The notes: a model not told the origin generated them from the letters alone. A stretch of DNA of 64,000 nt from an uncultured SAR86 cluster bacterium (GCA_902605165.1 CACLBJ010000002.1:100269-164268), one strand, 5' to 3'; counted from the stretch's first letter, positions 1 to 10,138 are shown. Translations and numbers: made by a program.

Positions 1-281
1 ATGATTCTGTTAAATTTATTTGATCTGATCTCAAATTATTATTAAAAATATTACGCTTTTCTATTACCCAATTTACAATATCATAGCTTTCATCAATTAT
101 TTTATCTTCCAGAATAAGGATTGGGACAGTTCCTTTTGGAGATATCTCCAACATATGCTCTGGTTTATTACTCAACCTGATTTCTCTAATTTCGCATTTG
201 ATTTCAGCAAGCTGCAAAGCCATTCTTGCCCTCATTGCATAAGGACATCTTTTAAATGAATATAAAATTGGATAACTCATA
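1..281 (-). CDS. Glutathione S-transferase N-terminal / glutaredoxin-2-like protein (partial, C-terminus runs off the window)
   Basis: Manual translation of the minus strand from the ATG at 281 gives MSYPILYSFKRCPYAMRARMALQLAEIKCEIREIRLSNKPEHMLEISPKGTVPILILED.... This is a thioredoxin-fold GST_N pattern (FKRCPY, ISPKGTVP). The ORF has no stop before position 1. Confidence 0.6.
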
Positions 282-284
282 AGG

Positions 285-1223
285 CTAATTGAGAACTTCT
301 TCTTTTGGCCCAAGATGTTTCTGATTTCTCTGCTTTGCTAATTCCATTTGTTTTTGTCTGCTCTTATACCTAGATTTCTGCTCTTCTGTTGTTTGGTCAA
401 AGCAATTTGGGCATGCAACTCCTCGAATATATTTTTTAGTTTTTTTATCGTTCTCAGTAATGGGCATCCTGCAACCATGACACATATCATAATCCCCTGA
501 AGATAAATCATGTTTTACTGAAACTCTATCATCAAAAACAAAACATTCTCCGTCCCAAAGGGATTTATCTTTCGAAACAGATTCAAAATATTTCAAAATG
601 CCTCCCTTCAGATGATAAACCTTCTTAAATCCTTCATTCTTCATGAGTGACGATGCCTTTTCGCATCTGATTCCTCCGGTGCAAAACATTGCAACTTTTT
701 TGTTGTTTTTATCTTCTTTTGTAAAATCCTGCTCTTTTAACCATTTTGGGAAATCTCTAAACTTTTTTGTCTTTGGATTAATTGAATCTCGAAAGGTTCC
801 TATGGAATACTCATAATCATTCCTGGTATCGATTAAAAGAATGTCATCCTCTTGAAGAAGAGAGTTCCAATCCTCAGGCTTAACATATTCTCCTACTGTT
901 TTTACAGGATCAATGGATTTATCTCCAATAGTAACTATTTCGTCTTTTAATTTAATTTTTAATCTTATAAAAGGATTCTTTTTAGAGTCTGAGAATTTGA
1001 TATCTAAATCTTCAAACCCTTTAAGGCCTCTTAAGTAAATTAAAGCTCTATTGAGATTTTCTTTTTCTTCTGCAGCAATGGTGCCATTGATGCCCTCGCT
1101 TCCAACCAAGATTGTTCCATAAATAGAAAGTTCTTTTAAAGTTTTCTTTAAAGAAATCTGAATTTCCAAAGGATTATCTATTTCAGAGAACTTATATAAG
1201 GCAGCTACTTTAAACATGATCAA
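285..1223 (-). CDS. trhO: Rhodanese-domain tRNA uridine(34) hydroxylase (UPF0176/YceA family)
   Basis: 312 aa. N-terminal UPF0176 fold, rhodanese active-site loop CTGGIRCEKA, and a C-terminal Cys cluster CHGC...CPNC typical of TrhO/YceA. Confidence 0.8.
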   Translation of the reverse strand: MIMFKVAALYKFSEIDNPLEIQISLKKTLKELSIYGTILVGSEGINGTIAAEEKENLNRALIYLRGLKGFEDLDIKFSDSKKNPFIRLKIKLKDEIVTIGDKSIDPVKTVGEYVKPEDWNSLLQEDDILLIDTRNDYEYSIGTFRDSINPKTKKFRDFPKWLKEQDFTKEDKNNKKVAMFCTGGIRCEKASSLMKNEGFKKVYHLKGGILKYFESVSKDKSLWDGECFVFDDRVSVKHDLSSGDYDMCHGCRMPITENDKKTKKYIRGVACPNCFDQTTEEQKSRYKSRQKQMELAKQRNQKHLGPKEEVLN

Positions 1224-1237
1224 ATTAAAGCAAAAAA

Positions 1238-1314
<77 letters not shown>

Positions 1315-1315
1315 T

Positions 1316-1392
1316 TGGTCGGGGTAGTAGGATTTGAACCTACGACCACTCGCTCCCAAAGCGAGTGCGCTACCAGACTGCGCTATACCCCG
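1316..1392 (-). tRNA. tRNA-Pro(UGG)
   Basis: The reverse complement is CGGGGTATAGCGCAGTCTGGTAGCGCACTCGCTTTGGGAGCGAGTGGTCGTAGGTTCAAATCCTACTACCCCGACCA. The anticodon loop is TTTGGGA and CCA is encoded. It lies 1 nt from tRNA-Arg. Confidence 0.93.
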
Positions 1393-1471
1393 GTGAAATG
1401 AATCTTAAAGTTTTAGAGATAAATAATCAATCTTCATTGGAATAATTATTTTAAGATGAGAAAATACTGAA

Positions 1472-2311
1472 ATGGCAGCACAAATCCTTGATGGAAAGAA
1501 ACTAGCAAATGAATCTGAAAAAGAAATCTTAGAATCTGTATTGCTCTTAAAAGCAAGTGGAATAATTCCGACCCTAGCAACTATTCTTGTTGGCGAAGAT
1601 CCAGCATCTGAAACATACGTAAGAATGAAACAACAAACTTGTAAACGAGTTGGCATGGAATCAGTAGCAATTAATTTACCAAAAGAGACATCTACTGAAG
1701 AACTTCTATCAAAGATTGATGAACTAAATGATGATAAAACTATTCATGGTATTTTGTTGCAGCATCCAGTTCCCAATCAAATCAATGAAAGAGAATGTTT
1801 TGAGAGGATTTCTATAGAAAAAGATGTTGATGGTGTTACATGTTTAGGTTTTGGAAGAATGTCTATGGATCTCTCTGCATACGGATCATGCACTCCTGCT
1901 GGTATTATGAGAATGCTTGACTTCTATGATATAGACATATCTGGAATGAATGCTGTTGTGGTTGGAAGAAGTCCTATCTTAGGAAAACCTATGGCCATGA
2001 TGCTTCTTAACAAAAATGCAACTGTAACAATTTGTCATTCGCAAACAAGGGAATTAGAGAATCATGTTAAAAATGCGGATTTAGTTGTTGGTGCGGTTGG
2101 TGTTCCGAAGTTAATAAAAAAAGAATGGATTAAAAAAGGTGCTATTGTAATTGATGCTGGCTATCATCCTGAAAAATGTGGTGATATTGATCTAGATGGA
2201 ATCGAGAAAATAGCTTCATCATATACCCCTGTCCCAGGCGGAGTGGGCCCAATGACAATTAATACTTTAATTCTAAATACTATGGAGGCTGCTAGGAAAA
2301 TTCTTAACTAG
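1472..2311 (+). CDS. folD: Bifunctional methylenetetrahydrofolate dehydrogenase / methenyl-THF cyclohydrolase
   Basis: 279 aa. [12 protein letters not shown]..., [32 protein letters not shown] and [10 protein letters not shown] are all canonical FolD motifs. Confidence 0.93.
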   Translation: MAAQILDGKKLANESEKEILESVLLLKASGIIPTLATILVGEDPASETYVRMKQQTCKRVGMESVAINLPKETSTEELLSKIDELNDDKTIHGILLQHPVPNQINERECFERISIEKDVDGVTCLGFGRMSMDLSAYGSCTPAGIMRMLDFYDIDISGMNAVVVGRSPILGKPMAMMLLNKNATVTICHSQTRELENHVKNADLVVGAVGVPKLIKKEWIKKGAIVIDAGYHPEKCGDIDLDGIEKIASSYTPVPGGVGPMTINTLILNTMEAARKILN

Positions 2312-2654
2312 TTTCTTCCTTTTCCTCTGCAGTAACTTCTTCTTCAATTTCTGAATCTACAATAATTTCATCTGAGCTTGATTCACCATCAATATCTGTA
2401 AAAGGAAATGGAGGCAGGTCTGTTTGAAAAAGAAGATAAGAAATAATTTGATTATAAAACTTCAACAGCCAGGAACATACTCTTGATAAAGGTTCATTAA
2501 CACTTCCAGTCAATAGGAAGAAGACAAATTGAATTAAAGCAAAACCAAAAAGAAAAGGAATACTAAAATTAAAAATGAATGCATAAATAAGCATATAGAC
2601 AAGTCTTGCCCACTTACTAGTTTTTGTAATTTCTTCTCTATTAATTTGTTCCAT
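2304..2654 (-). CDS. Small membrane protein with acidic C-terminal tail (DUF4389-like)
   Basis: 116 aa. Two hydrophobic helices are followed by an E/D/S-rich tail. The family resemblance to DUF4389 is by eye only. Confidence 0.45.
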   Translation of the reverse strand: MEQINREEITKTSKWARLVYMLIYAFIFNFSIPFLFGFALIQFVFFLLTGSVNEPLSRVCSWLLKFYNQIISYLLFQTDLPPFPFTDIDGESSSDEIIVDSEIEEEVTAEEKEETS

Positions 2655-2656
2655 AG

Positions 2657-3682
2657 CTATGATTCTACATCAAAATCCACATCAACATAAATATCACTAT
2701 TTATAATCTGCTCCAAAAGTAATTCTTTGCTTCCGCTGTTAAACAGTATTTCATGCATACCTGATACAAGAGGCATCTTAATTTTAGAAGAGGAAATCTC
2801 ATTGTGAATGATTCTAATAGTATTTAATCCCTCTGCTACCTGACCTACCTTATATTTTGCAGCCTCAATATTAAGACCTTCTCCAATTGCCCATCCAAAC
2901 TGATAATTTCTTGATAACTTTGAAAAGCACGTAGCAACCAAGTCGCCCATTCCTGCAAGGCCTAAAAAAGTAATTGGATTTGCACCCTTATTTACGGCAA
3001 AGTTGCTCATCTCTGCCATACTTCTTGTCAATATAAGTCCTATAGCGTTTTCACCTACATCTAGAGAATGACAATATCCCGATATAATTGCATAAATATT
3101 TTTTAGAGCCCCAGCAAGTTCTATACCCTTAATATCATCACTTGTATATATCTTAAAAGTGCTTGAAGATAGAATCTCCCTTGCTTGATGGCAAAGGTCT
3201 GCATGCTTACTTGCTATGACGGTTCCAGCAACTTTTTCATCTGCAATTTCTTTAGCTAAATTAGGGCCGCTCAAAACACCCACCTTAATACTAGAATTAT
3301 TAAAGTGCTTTTCTATTGCTTCGGACATTGTCATGAAAGGATTTTCATTGATGCCCTTTGTGCATGAAATTATCATCTTATTATCTATTGAGAAATTTGT
3401 GAGCCTATCCAGGACATCATTAATAATTTTACTTGGTGTAGCTACGAATATTATTTCAGATTGTGGAATAATTTCCTCAAGCTTTTCAGAAGCAAAAATA
3501 TTACTAGAGAGTTTGAGTTCGGGATGATATTGAGTATTTTTACTTTCAGAATTTATTCTCAAAGCTTTATCAGAATCTTTCACCCACAGAGATACATCAT
3601 GGCCTTTTGATGCAGCTAAGTTTGCTAGTACAGTTCCAAAGCTGCCCCCACCGAGGACACAAATTTTATAATTTTTACTCAT
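2657..3682 (-). CDS. gpsA: NAD(P)H-dependent glycerol-3-phosphate dehydrogenase
   Basis: 341 aa. N-terminal Rossmann motif VLGGGSFGT, plus GPNLAKE, GIELAGALKN and VAEG motifs of GpsA. Confidence 0.9.
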   Translation of the reverse strand: MSKNYKICVLGGGSFGTVLANLAASKGHDVSLWVKDSDKALRINSESKNTQYHPELKLSSNIFASEKLEEIIPQSEIIFVATPSKIINDVLDRLTNFSIDNKMIISCTKGINENPFMTMSEAIEKHFNNSSIKVGVLSGPNLAKEIADEKVAGTVIASKHADLCHQAREILSSSTFKIYTSDDIKGIELAGALKNIYAIISGYCHSLDVGENAIGLILTRSMAEMSNFAVNKGANPITFLGLAGMGDLVATCFSKLSRNYQFGWAIGEGLNIEAAKYKVGQVAEGLNTIRIIHNEISSSKIKMPLVSGMHEILFNSGSKELLLEQIINSDIYVDVDFDVES

Positions 3683-5508
3683 TATTTAGAAAGATATTTA
3701 TCTAGCTGTCGTAGATATTTGGAAGGATCTTTCGGAGATCCGCCTTCCGCAATTACGGCATAGTCATAAAGAAAATCTACGAATGCTTTGAAATCCTTGC
3801 CGTCTATTTTAGAAAGCTTTTTAATGAGCTTATGTTTCATATTTAACTCAAATATTGGAACTACATCACCCATTTTTTGACCTGCAGCTTCAAGAATCTT
3901 GCGAAGTTGTATTCCTGGTTCATTGCTTTGCAGAACTAAACAACAAGCAGAATCTTTTAATCGTGAGCTTGGTAAGACTTCAGAGACTCTATCTCCTAAA
4001 TGGTTTGCAACTTTTTTTAACAGCTCATTTTGATCTTTTGTTGTTTTTGGTTTTACTTCGGCTTCATTGCTGGTTTTTGCGACGTTTATAAAACTCTTAC
4101 CTTTAAATTCAAAAAGAGAAGACATCAACCACTCATCTATTCTATCAGTCAGTAATAGTACTTCTGTATTTTTAGATTTAAGTGATTCAAGATGCGGGGA
4201 GTTTAAGGCGCCTTCAAATGTATCAGCAACGCAATAGTAAATACCCTTTTGATCTGAGGGCATTCTGGAAATATAGTCGTCAAGCGTTTGATCCACATCG
4301 TGTGTTTCTTTATTTGATGTAGCAAATAATAAAAGTTCTGCAATTGATTCCCTATGTTCAGAATCTTCTGCAGGCCCCTCTTTAAGAACAAGGCCATACT
4401 CTTTCCAAAATTCTTTATATGCATCTATATCATTGTCTTTGAGTTTTTTGAGAGCATCAACAACTCTTTTGGTTAGAGCTTTCTTTATTGATTCCACTAA
4501 AGGGTGATCTTGAAGGATTTCTCTAGATACATTCAGAGGTAAGTCACTTGAATCAATAATGCCTCGAATAAATCTCAGATAAAGGGGTAAAAAGTGAACA
4601 GCATCATCCATGATAAAAACTCTTTGTATGTAAAGCTTTATTCCTCTTGGAGATTCTCTGTTCCAAAGATCAAAAGGCGGCTTTTTTGGAATATATAAAA
4701 GATTAGAATACTCCTGTTTACCCTCAACCTTGTTATGAATTGTTAGCAAGGGATCATCCTGATCAAAACTTATAAATTTATAAAATTCATTATATTCGTT
4801 TTGTTTAATTGATCTTTTGGGTTTGAGCCACAATGCATCTGCCTCGTTAATAATCTCCTCTTCCTCATCAATATTTGAAAGATAGATTGGGAAATTAATA
4901 TATTGTGAATACTTATTAACGAGAAAACTTATTCTTTGCTTGTTAGCAAAATCATGATTTTCTTTACTCAAGTAAATGATTATGTCAGTCCCATGTGATT
5001 TCTTTTCAACTTCAGTAAGCTTATATTTATCTTCACCACTGCTTTCCCAAAGAATTGGTTGTGATGATTTCTTTTGTGCTGATTTAGAGAGTACTTGTAC
5101 TTTTTCTGCAATCATAAAAACAGAGTAAAAACCAACTCCAAATTGTCCAATTAAATTTGAATCTTTCTTTTTATCGCCAGTGAGTTTTCCAAGAAATTCT
5201 GCAGTACCAGATCTAGCAATTGTCCCAATATTTTCAATTATTTCCTCTTCAGACATTCCGATACCATTATCAGATATGGTTAAAGTCTTATTTTCTTCAT
5301 CGACAATGACCTTGATTTTTAAGTCATCAGAGAGACTTGCTAATTTAGAGCTACTTATAGATTTAAATCTAAGCTTATCAAGGGCATCAGATGCATTAGA
5401 TATTAATTCTCTTAGAAAAATCTCTTTATTTGAATAAAGAGAATGAATCATTAACTGAAGCAACTGCTTAGTTTCAGTCTGGAAACTTTTTGTTTTACTT
5501 TTCCCCAT
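3682..5508 (-). CDS. htpG: Molecular chaperone Hsp90
   Basis: 608 aa. FQTETKQLLQLMIHSLYSNKEIFLRELISNASDALDK, IGQFGVGFYS and LNVSREILQ are HtpG hallmarks. Confidence 0.95.
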   Translation of the reverse strand: MGKSKTKSFQTETKQLLQLMIHSLYSNKEIFLRELISNASDALDKLRFKSISSSKLASLSDDLKIKVIVDEENKTLTISDNGIGMSEEEIIENIGTIARSGTAEFLGKLTGDKKKDSNLIGQFGVGFYSVFMIAEKVQVLSKSAQKKSSQPILWESSGEDKYKLTEVEKKSHGTDIIIYLSKENHDFANKQRISFLVNKYSQYINFPIYLSNIDEEEEIINEADALWLKPKRSIKQNEYNEFYKFISFDQDDPLLTIHNKVEGKQEYSNLLYIPKKPPFDLWNRESPRGIKLYIQRVFIMDDAVHFLPLYLRFIRGIIDSSDLPLNVSREILQDHPLVESIKKALTKRVVDALKKLKDNDIDAYKEFWKEYGLVLKEGPAEDSEHRESIAELLLFATSNKETHDVDQTLDDYISRMPSDQKGIYYCVADTFEGALNSPHLESLKSKNTEVLLLTDRIDEWLMSSLFEFKGKSFINVAKTSNEAEVKPKTTKDQNELLKKVANHLGDRVSEVLPSSRLKDSACCLVLQSNEPGIQLRKILEAAGQKMGDVVPIFELNMKHKLIKKLSKIDGKDFKAFVDFLYDYAVIAEGGSPKDPSKYLRQLDKYLSK

Positions 5509-5568
5509 AAGTTTATCCCCTGCTAATAGTTAATAATAAATTATGATATTTCAAGTTTTGTAATTGCT

Positions 5569-5976
5569 TTATGTTAGCGAAATCCTAACTATTTCTGTAA
5601 TTGAGAAAATAAAGATAGAGATTGTTATATAGACACTTAACCTGTGAAGAAAGGTGAAAAGTCTATCCCATGACCTGTCTCTTGCAGAATTTGTCATAGG
5701 AATAATTATGTATCCTATGAATGCAAGGCTGCTATTTATAACTGCCATTATCAAAAAACTTCTTTCTAAAAAAAGATAAGAAATTAATACCGCTAGAAGA
5801 CAAAATAAGAAAATTATTAAATAGTACCTTGGGAATATCCTTCTTAAAAACTTTGAAGCAGTCTCATTATCAAGAACTTTAAATACAACAGGAGCTGTAA
5901 GTAATGCTTGTGCAAAAATAATTCCTATAATTAATGAATAGGTTATCGATAAAAGTATTACAACAATAGTATCCAT
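5569..5976 (-). CDS. Four-helix integral membrane protein (DUF4149/TMEM205-like)
   Basis: 135 aa with four hydrophobic segments. The family assignment is tentative. Confidence 0.45.
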   Translation of the reverse strand: MDTIVVILLSITYSLIIGIIFAQALLTAPVVFKVLDNETASKFLRRIFPRYYLIIFLFCLLAVLISYLFLERSFLIMAVINSSLAFIGYIIIPMTNSARDRSWDRLFTFLHRLSVYITISIFIFSITEIVRISLT

Positions 5977-5982
5977 AATAAC

Positions 5983-6060
5983 TGGCGGACCGGACGGGAC
6001 TCGAACCCGCGACCTCCGGCGTGACAGGCCGGCATTCTAACCAAACTGAACTACCGGTCC
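5983..6060 (-). tRNA. tRNA-Asp(GUC)
   Basis: The reverse complement is GGACCGGTAGTTCAGTTTGGTTAGAATGCCGGCCTGTCACGCCGGAGGTCGCGGGTTCGAGTCCCGTCCGGTCCGCCA. The anticodon loop is CTGTCAC. It closely resembles E. coli tRNA-Asp. Confidence 0.93.
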
Positions 6061-6119
6061 GCATAAATATATGTTTGCGAATAATATCTTTTTAAAATAA
6101 TTCTGCAAGTATATTTGAA

Positions 6120-6196
6120 TGGTGGGTGATGACAGGCTCGAACTGCCGACCCTCTCGGTGTAAACGAGATGCTCTACCAAACTGAGCTAATCACCC
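6120..6196 (-). tRNA. tRNA-Val(UAC)
   Basis: The reverse complement is GGGTGATTAGCTCAGTTTGGTAGAGCATCTCGTTTACACCGAGAGGGTCGGCAGTTCGAGCCTGTCATCACCCACCA. The anticodon loop is TTTACAC. Confidence 0.93.
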
Positions 6197-6285
6197 ACGG
6201 GTTTGTATTATATTGGCTATTTAAGACTATACAAAAGAAATTTTGTTATTTTTGCATTAAAAATGTTTCAGTATTTTCAAATAGG

Positions 6286-7164
6286 CTATTTTACAATGCT
6301 CAGCCTTGCAAAATATATACCAATGAGAGCAACAGCAGCAAAAATTATTTGGGCAAGATTAAGCCATTCTGAAAATATGAAGGCAGCTAAAATTGTTGCC
6401 GTAAGGGGCTGCATTAGCAATCCAATTGAACCATTTGATGGTGAGATCTTGCCTATACCAAATGTTATTAAAAACTGACCACCAAATTGGCAAACTAGAG
6501 CTAGCAAAAATAAATTAATCCATTCAAAATCTGATTTAGGAAAATTAATCCCTGAGTCAAGCATCATTGGGATAATTGAAAAAAGGCAACAGAAAAGAGT
6601 TGTATAAAATATCAAGTTCAGGGATGTTTCTTTTCCAAGCTTTGCAATTATCAATAGATATATTCCATATCCAATAGCGGCTATGATGCATAATAAATCT
6701 CCAACTATTTTTCCATTTGCATAATTGCTAGAAAAGATAATTAGGCCAGTTATTCCTAAGTAGGTTATTAAAAAAGATACTCCAAAACCTTTTGCGGGTG
6801 CTTCTTTAAAAATCATATAAGCAAAGAGAGCTACAAATATCGGAGCAGAGTTTACAATTATCGTTGCATTTGAAACTGAAGTTATATTCATACTGTAGTG
6901 CCAAAGAATTAGATCAGTTGTGAATGAAAGAGAAGCTATTGCGGTATATAAAATAGTATTTTTATTTTTGACCTTAAAAATAAAGGTCCTGTTTAGTGAA
7001 TAATTAAGAATGGCTAGCATTGGTAAAGCCAGAAACATTCTCCAAAATAATATAGCTGAAGAAGAAAGCTCACTCCACTTAACAAATATTGGTGCGAAAC
7101 CTATTAGCATTGCACCTAGAGATAGAATTAAAAAGAAATTTGCTGCCTGTAAATTTTTTAACAT
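6286..7164 (-). CDS. EamA/DMT-family permease
   Basis: 292 aa with about 10 TM helices arranged as two EamA-like repeats. Confidence 0.7.
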   Translation of the reverse strand: MLKNLQAANFFLILSLGAMLIGFAPIFVKWSELSSSAILFWRMFLALPMLAILNYSLNRTFIFKVKNKNTILYTAIASLSFTTDLILWHYSMNITSVSNATIIVNSAPIFVALFAYMIFKEAPAKGFGVSFLITYLGITGLIIFSSNYANGKIVGDLLCIIAAIGYGIYLLIIAKLGKETSLNLIFYTTLFCCLFSIIPMMLDSGINFPKSDFEWINLFLLALVCQFGGQFLITFGIGKISPSNGSIGLLMQPLTATILAAFIFSEWLNLAQIIFAAVALIGIYFARLSIVK

Positions 7165-7181
7165 CTAGCTATACTCTGTTC

Positions 7182-8543
7182 ATGGACAAAGATATTGTAG
7201 AGCAGAATAATGAAATAATCTCGGTTGGGGAATTAAACAGATCTGCAAAATACCTTTTAGAAAGTAACTTTCCTGCTGTTTCAGTTATAGGAGAGATCTC
7301 CAATTTAGCAAGGCCTGCATCTGGTCACATTTATTTTTCTCTGAAAGATGATGAAGGTTCAATTCAGTGTGCAATGTTTAAGGGGAGCAATATTGGTCTT
7401 AATTTCAATCCCAAGGATGGCGATGAATGCATTGTCTCAGGAAATATCAGTCTATTTGTTCAAAGAGGCAATTATCAACTAATTGCCAAGAAAATGATTC
7501 TTGCTGGTCAAGGAAATTTGATGCAGGAGTTTGAAAAACTTAAAAATAAACTTAAAGATGAAGGCCTTTTTGATGATGCAAACAAACTTCCTATTCCTGA
7601 AGCACCAAAACATGTTGCTGTTATTACTTCTGCATCTACAGCTGCATTGCAAGATGTTTTATCAACAATTGAAAGAAGAGCCCCAAATATGAGGATTTCT
7701 TTAAGTCCTGCAACAGTCCAAGGTGAAAGTGCATCAGATACAATCATTGACGCCCTTAGAAGAATACAAAATTATAACAATAACTCCTCAGACAAGATTG
7801 ATTGTGTTCTTATTTGCAGAGGTGGTGGCTCAATAGAGGATTTATGGTGCTTTAATAACGAAGATTTAGCTAGAGAAATATTTAGCTTTGAAATTCCTAT
7901 CATTTCTGGTGTTGGTCACGAAATAGACTTTACTATAACTGATTTTGTATCAGATCTTAGAGCTCCTACTCCAACTGCAGCTGCAGAAATTGTAAGTGAG
8001 TTTAATTTTAATCTTATTGAAAAGCTTTCAGAGATATCAAAAGATTTGGTATCTAAAATAAAAAATATCTTAAGGGATAAAAATCAGACTCTTGATTATC
8101 AAAGTTCCCATCTAAAGCATCCAGCTCATGTGATAAAAGAGCAAAATAGGATCCTTGTTTCAACTTATGAAAAATTAGAAATGCTTATTAAGCAAAAAAT
8201 CTCGGATTCTAAATTGTCTTTTAAGGAAAATACTAATACTTTATACATAGAAAATCCTAAATACTTAATTCTTGACAGAAAGAATTCTTTGCAAAAAAAC
8301 TATCAGTCTTTGAAAAATTTAATTCAATCTTTCATAAATAAATCGCAATCAAGAATTGTTACTTCTGAAAAAGTAATTAAATCAATTGATCCTCAGAATA
8401 TCCTCGAAAGAGGATATTCATTGATAACAAATATGGAAGGAAGCGTGATTAAAGATTCTGCACAAGTTAGCGAGGGCGATGAAATAACTGCTAAATTAGC
8501 CGAGGGTTCTTTTGCAGCAAAAGTAGGAAAGAAGAATGTTTAA
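7182..8543 (+). CDS. xseA: Exodeoxyribonuclease VII large subunit
   Basis: N-terminal OB fold (ISVGELNRSAKYLLE...GEISN...SGHIYFSLKD), RGGGSIEDLW and PIISGVGHEIDFTI. The start is moved to the ATG at 7182 because the longer ORF overlaps the divergent permease. Confidence 0.9.
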   Translation: MDKDIVEQNNEIISVGELNRSAKYLLESNFPAVSVIGEISNLARPASGHIYFSLKDDEGSIQCAMFKGSNIGLNFNPKDGDECIVSGNISLFVQRGNYQLIAKKMILAGQGNLMQEFEKLKNKLKDEGLFDDANKLPIPEAPKHVAVITSASTAALQDVLSTIERRAPNMRISLSPATVQGESASDTIIDALRRIQNYNNNSSDKIDCVLICRGGGSIEDLWCFNNEDLAREIFSFEIPIISGVGHEIDFTITDFVSDLRAPTPTAAAEIVSEFNFNLIEKLSEISKDLVSKIKNILRDKNQTLDYQSSHLKHPAHVIKEQNRILVSTYEKLEMLIKQKISDSKLSFKENTNTLYIENPKYLILDRKNSLQKNYQSLKNLIQSFINKSQSRIVTSEKVIKSIDPQNILERGYSLITNMEGSVIKDSAQVSEGDEITAKLAEGSFAAKVGKKNV

Positions 8544-9354
8544 GTTTATAGCCTTATTTTTATTCTCAAGCCCTATTTTTGCTGTTGCGTACGAGGGAGA
8601 TTCTGGAGGTATTTTTGCACTACCTGTCTCCAATGAATATAAAACAAATGAATATCTTTTGTTTGAAATAGATGGAAAAAGCTATGTAGTTGCAGGTATG
8701 CCTTATGTCTTAGAAGAAAAAGTTATAAAAATAGATGATAAAAAAATAAAAGTTTTGCCTGTAAATTATGGAGAGTCGAGAATTACAATCGCGAACGATA
8801 GTCTTGTAAACCCTTCCTCATCAGACCAAGAGCGAGCAGCTAAAGAAAGAAAATTATTGCAATTAGTTCTTTCAAAAAAAAGTAATTTTAATTTGAATGA
8901 TTTGAGATTTTTAAGACCAGTCGAAGGGGCTGTAACTAGCGGTTTTGGTAAAAAGAGATTTATAAATGATCTTCCAAGAGCTCCTCATTTGGCTTTAGAT
9001 TTAGATGGATTTAATGGAGATCCTATTGTTGCACCCTTAGATGCAAAAGTAGTTCTGGTCGATAACTTTTTTTATAGTGGCAATATTATAGTTTTAGATC
9101 ATGGAAGTAATGTTTTTACTTCTTATAGTCATATGAACAAAAGCCATAGAATGGTTGGAGATTTTGTAAATAAAGGTGATTTAATTGGAGAAATTGGCTC
9201 TACCGGAAGAGTTACCGGACCTCACCTGCATTGGGTAATTTATATGAATGGAAACAGAATCAATCCAGAAATAGTTTTAAATAAAGATTTCCCTATGAAT
9301 CTTCTTGCAAACTATCAAGATGTCCCTGAAGACTTTCCTCTGTCTGAGGAGTAA
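8536..9354 (+). CDS. M23-family metallopeptidase (secreted)
   Basis: 272 aa. Signal peptide, then HLALD, SYSHM and GSTGRVTGPHLHW, which are LytM/M23 zinc-ligand motifs. Confidence 0.85.
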   Translation: MFKFIALFLFSSPIFAVAYEGDSGGIFALPVSNEYKTNEYLLFEIDGKSYVVAGMPYVLEEKVIKIDDKKIKVLPVNYGESRITIANDSLVNPSSSDQERAAKERKLLQLVLSKKSNFNLNDLRFLRPVEGAVTSGFGKKRFINDLPRAPHLALDLDGFNGDPIVAPLDAKVVLVDNFFYSGNIIVLDHGSNVFTSYSHMNKSHRMVGDFVNKGDLIGEIGSTGRVTGPHLHWVIYMNGNRINPEIVLNKDFPMNLLANYQDVPEDFPLSEE

Positions 9355-9745
9355 GAAGACTTAGTACAACCTCCCCTCCTGGACTAATAAAATATGTTGC
9401 AGGTAAAATTGCTGGAGATTCTATGCCCCATATTTCTCTTGGATGAGATGTTATTGATGGAATATCAACACCAAATCTTAATATTAATGGATCTAAGTAT
9501 TCTGGTTCGAGACGATCAAAATTGTATGCAAATACTTCAATATCAGGATTAGATTCAGCAAAATTAACTAATTCTGGCATTTCTTTCAAGCATGGAGGAC
9601 ACCAATCAGCCCAATAATTTATAACTATCCAGTTTTCATCAAGATTGTTCTTAAATTTGCTATTTACTTTATTAAAATGGATATCGCCTGAGCTACAAGA
9701 ATAAAAGAGTACAAAAAGTGGTAATAATTTTATAAAATTTCGCAT
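9293..9745 (-). CDS. TlpA/redoxin-family thiol:disulfide oxidoreductase lipoprotein
   Basis: WADWCPPC active site. The start is set at MRNFIKLLPLFVLFYSCSS (lipobox-like). Its 3' end overlaps the convergent M23 gene by 62 nt. Confidence 0.75.
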   Translation of the reverse strand: MRNFIKLLPLFVLFYSCSSGDIHFNKVNSKFKNNLDENWIVINYWADWCPPCLKEMPELVNFAESNPDIEVFAYNFDRLEPEYLDPLILRFGVDIPSITSHPREIWGIESPAILPATYFISPGGEVVLSLLTPQTEESLQGHLDSLQEDS

Positions 9746-9762
9746 CAGACCTATTTTGAGAC

Positions 9763-10095
9763 ATGTTAAACTTTTTTCAATACCCATCTTCTAGCTTATT
9801 GATAATTTTTCTTTTAATTATTAATAAATTTTTTATTTTAATTCTATATAAACTGCCCCTATTGATATTCAGTTTTTGGGCAGTTCCACTTATATTTTTT
9901 TCATTTTTTCTTCATAAAAAGTCAATAAAAGGTTATCAATCTTATGCATTTATACTTTTGCTTTATTTTATGCTCTCAAGCTTGCGAGTTTTTGGTGTTC
10001 CAAATCCATTACCTTTTGATATAACTGAATTGATATTAGTTGTTTTAGCTTTCATTAATGCTTTGTTTGGGCCAAAAAATATAAATAGCAATTGA
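9763..10095 (+). CDS. Hypothetical small membrane protein
   Basis: 110-aa F/L/I-rich ORF with about 3 hydrophobic segments. It could be a chance ORF in T-rich DNA. Confidence 0.3.
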   Translation: MLNFFQYPSSSLLIIFLLIINKFFILILYKLPLLIFSFWAVPLIFFSFFLHKKSIKGYQSYAFILLLYFMLSSLRVFGVPNPLPFDITELILVVLAFINALFGPKNINSN

Positions 10096-10138
10096 CATGT
10101 CAAGCAAACTTGACATAACATAATTACATGATTATTTT
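10092..10138 (+). promoter_or_regulatory. Candidate promoter/operator: perfect palindrome TTGACATGTCAA plus TTGACA-N17-TATTTT
   Basis: A 12-bp perfect palindrome lies at 10092-10103. A second TTGACA at 10110-10115 is followed 17 nt later by TATTTT (10133-10138). The site is about 90 nt upstream of the membrane-protein/XRE operon. Confidence 0.3.

Noticed and set aside
1393-1471. Possible riboswitches (ZTP/THF/purine type) upstream of folD and purM (14951-14978)
   Set aside because: The leaders are short (79 and 28 nt), AT-rich and lack the conserved GC-rich cores of those riboswitch classes.
5509-5568. CTTGAAA (reverse complement of 5549-5555) upstream of htpG as a sigma-32 promoter; also the 12-nt string AAGTTTTGTAAT shared with the Hsp20 upstream region
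   Set aside because: - No CCCCAT-like -10 element lies at the right spacing on the htpG strand.
- The shared 12-mer is in opposite orientation relative to the two genes, so it is probably coincidence in AT-rich DNA.
5879-6064. 61-aa minus-strand ORF
   Set aside because: It reads through tRNA-Asp and overlaps the start of the DUF4149-like gene. It is an artefact of the tRNA.
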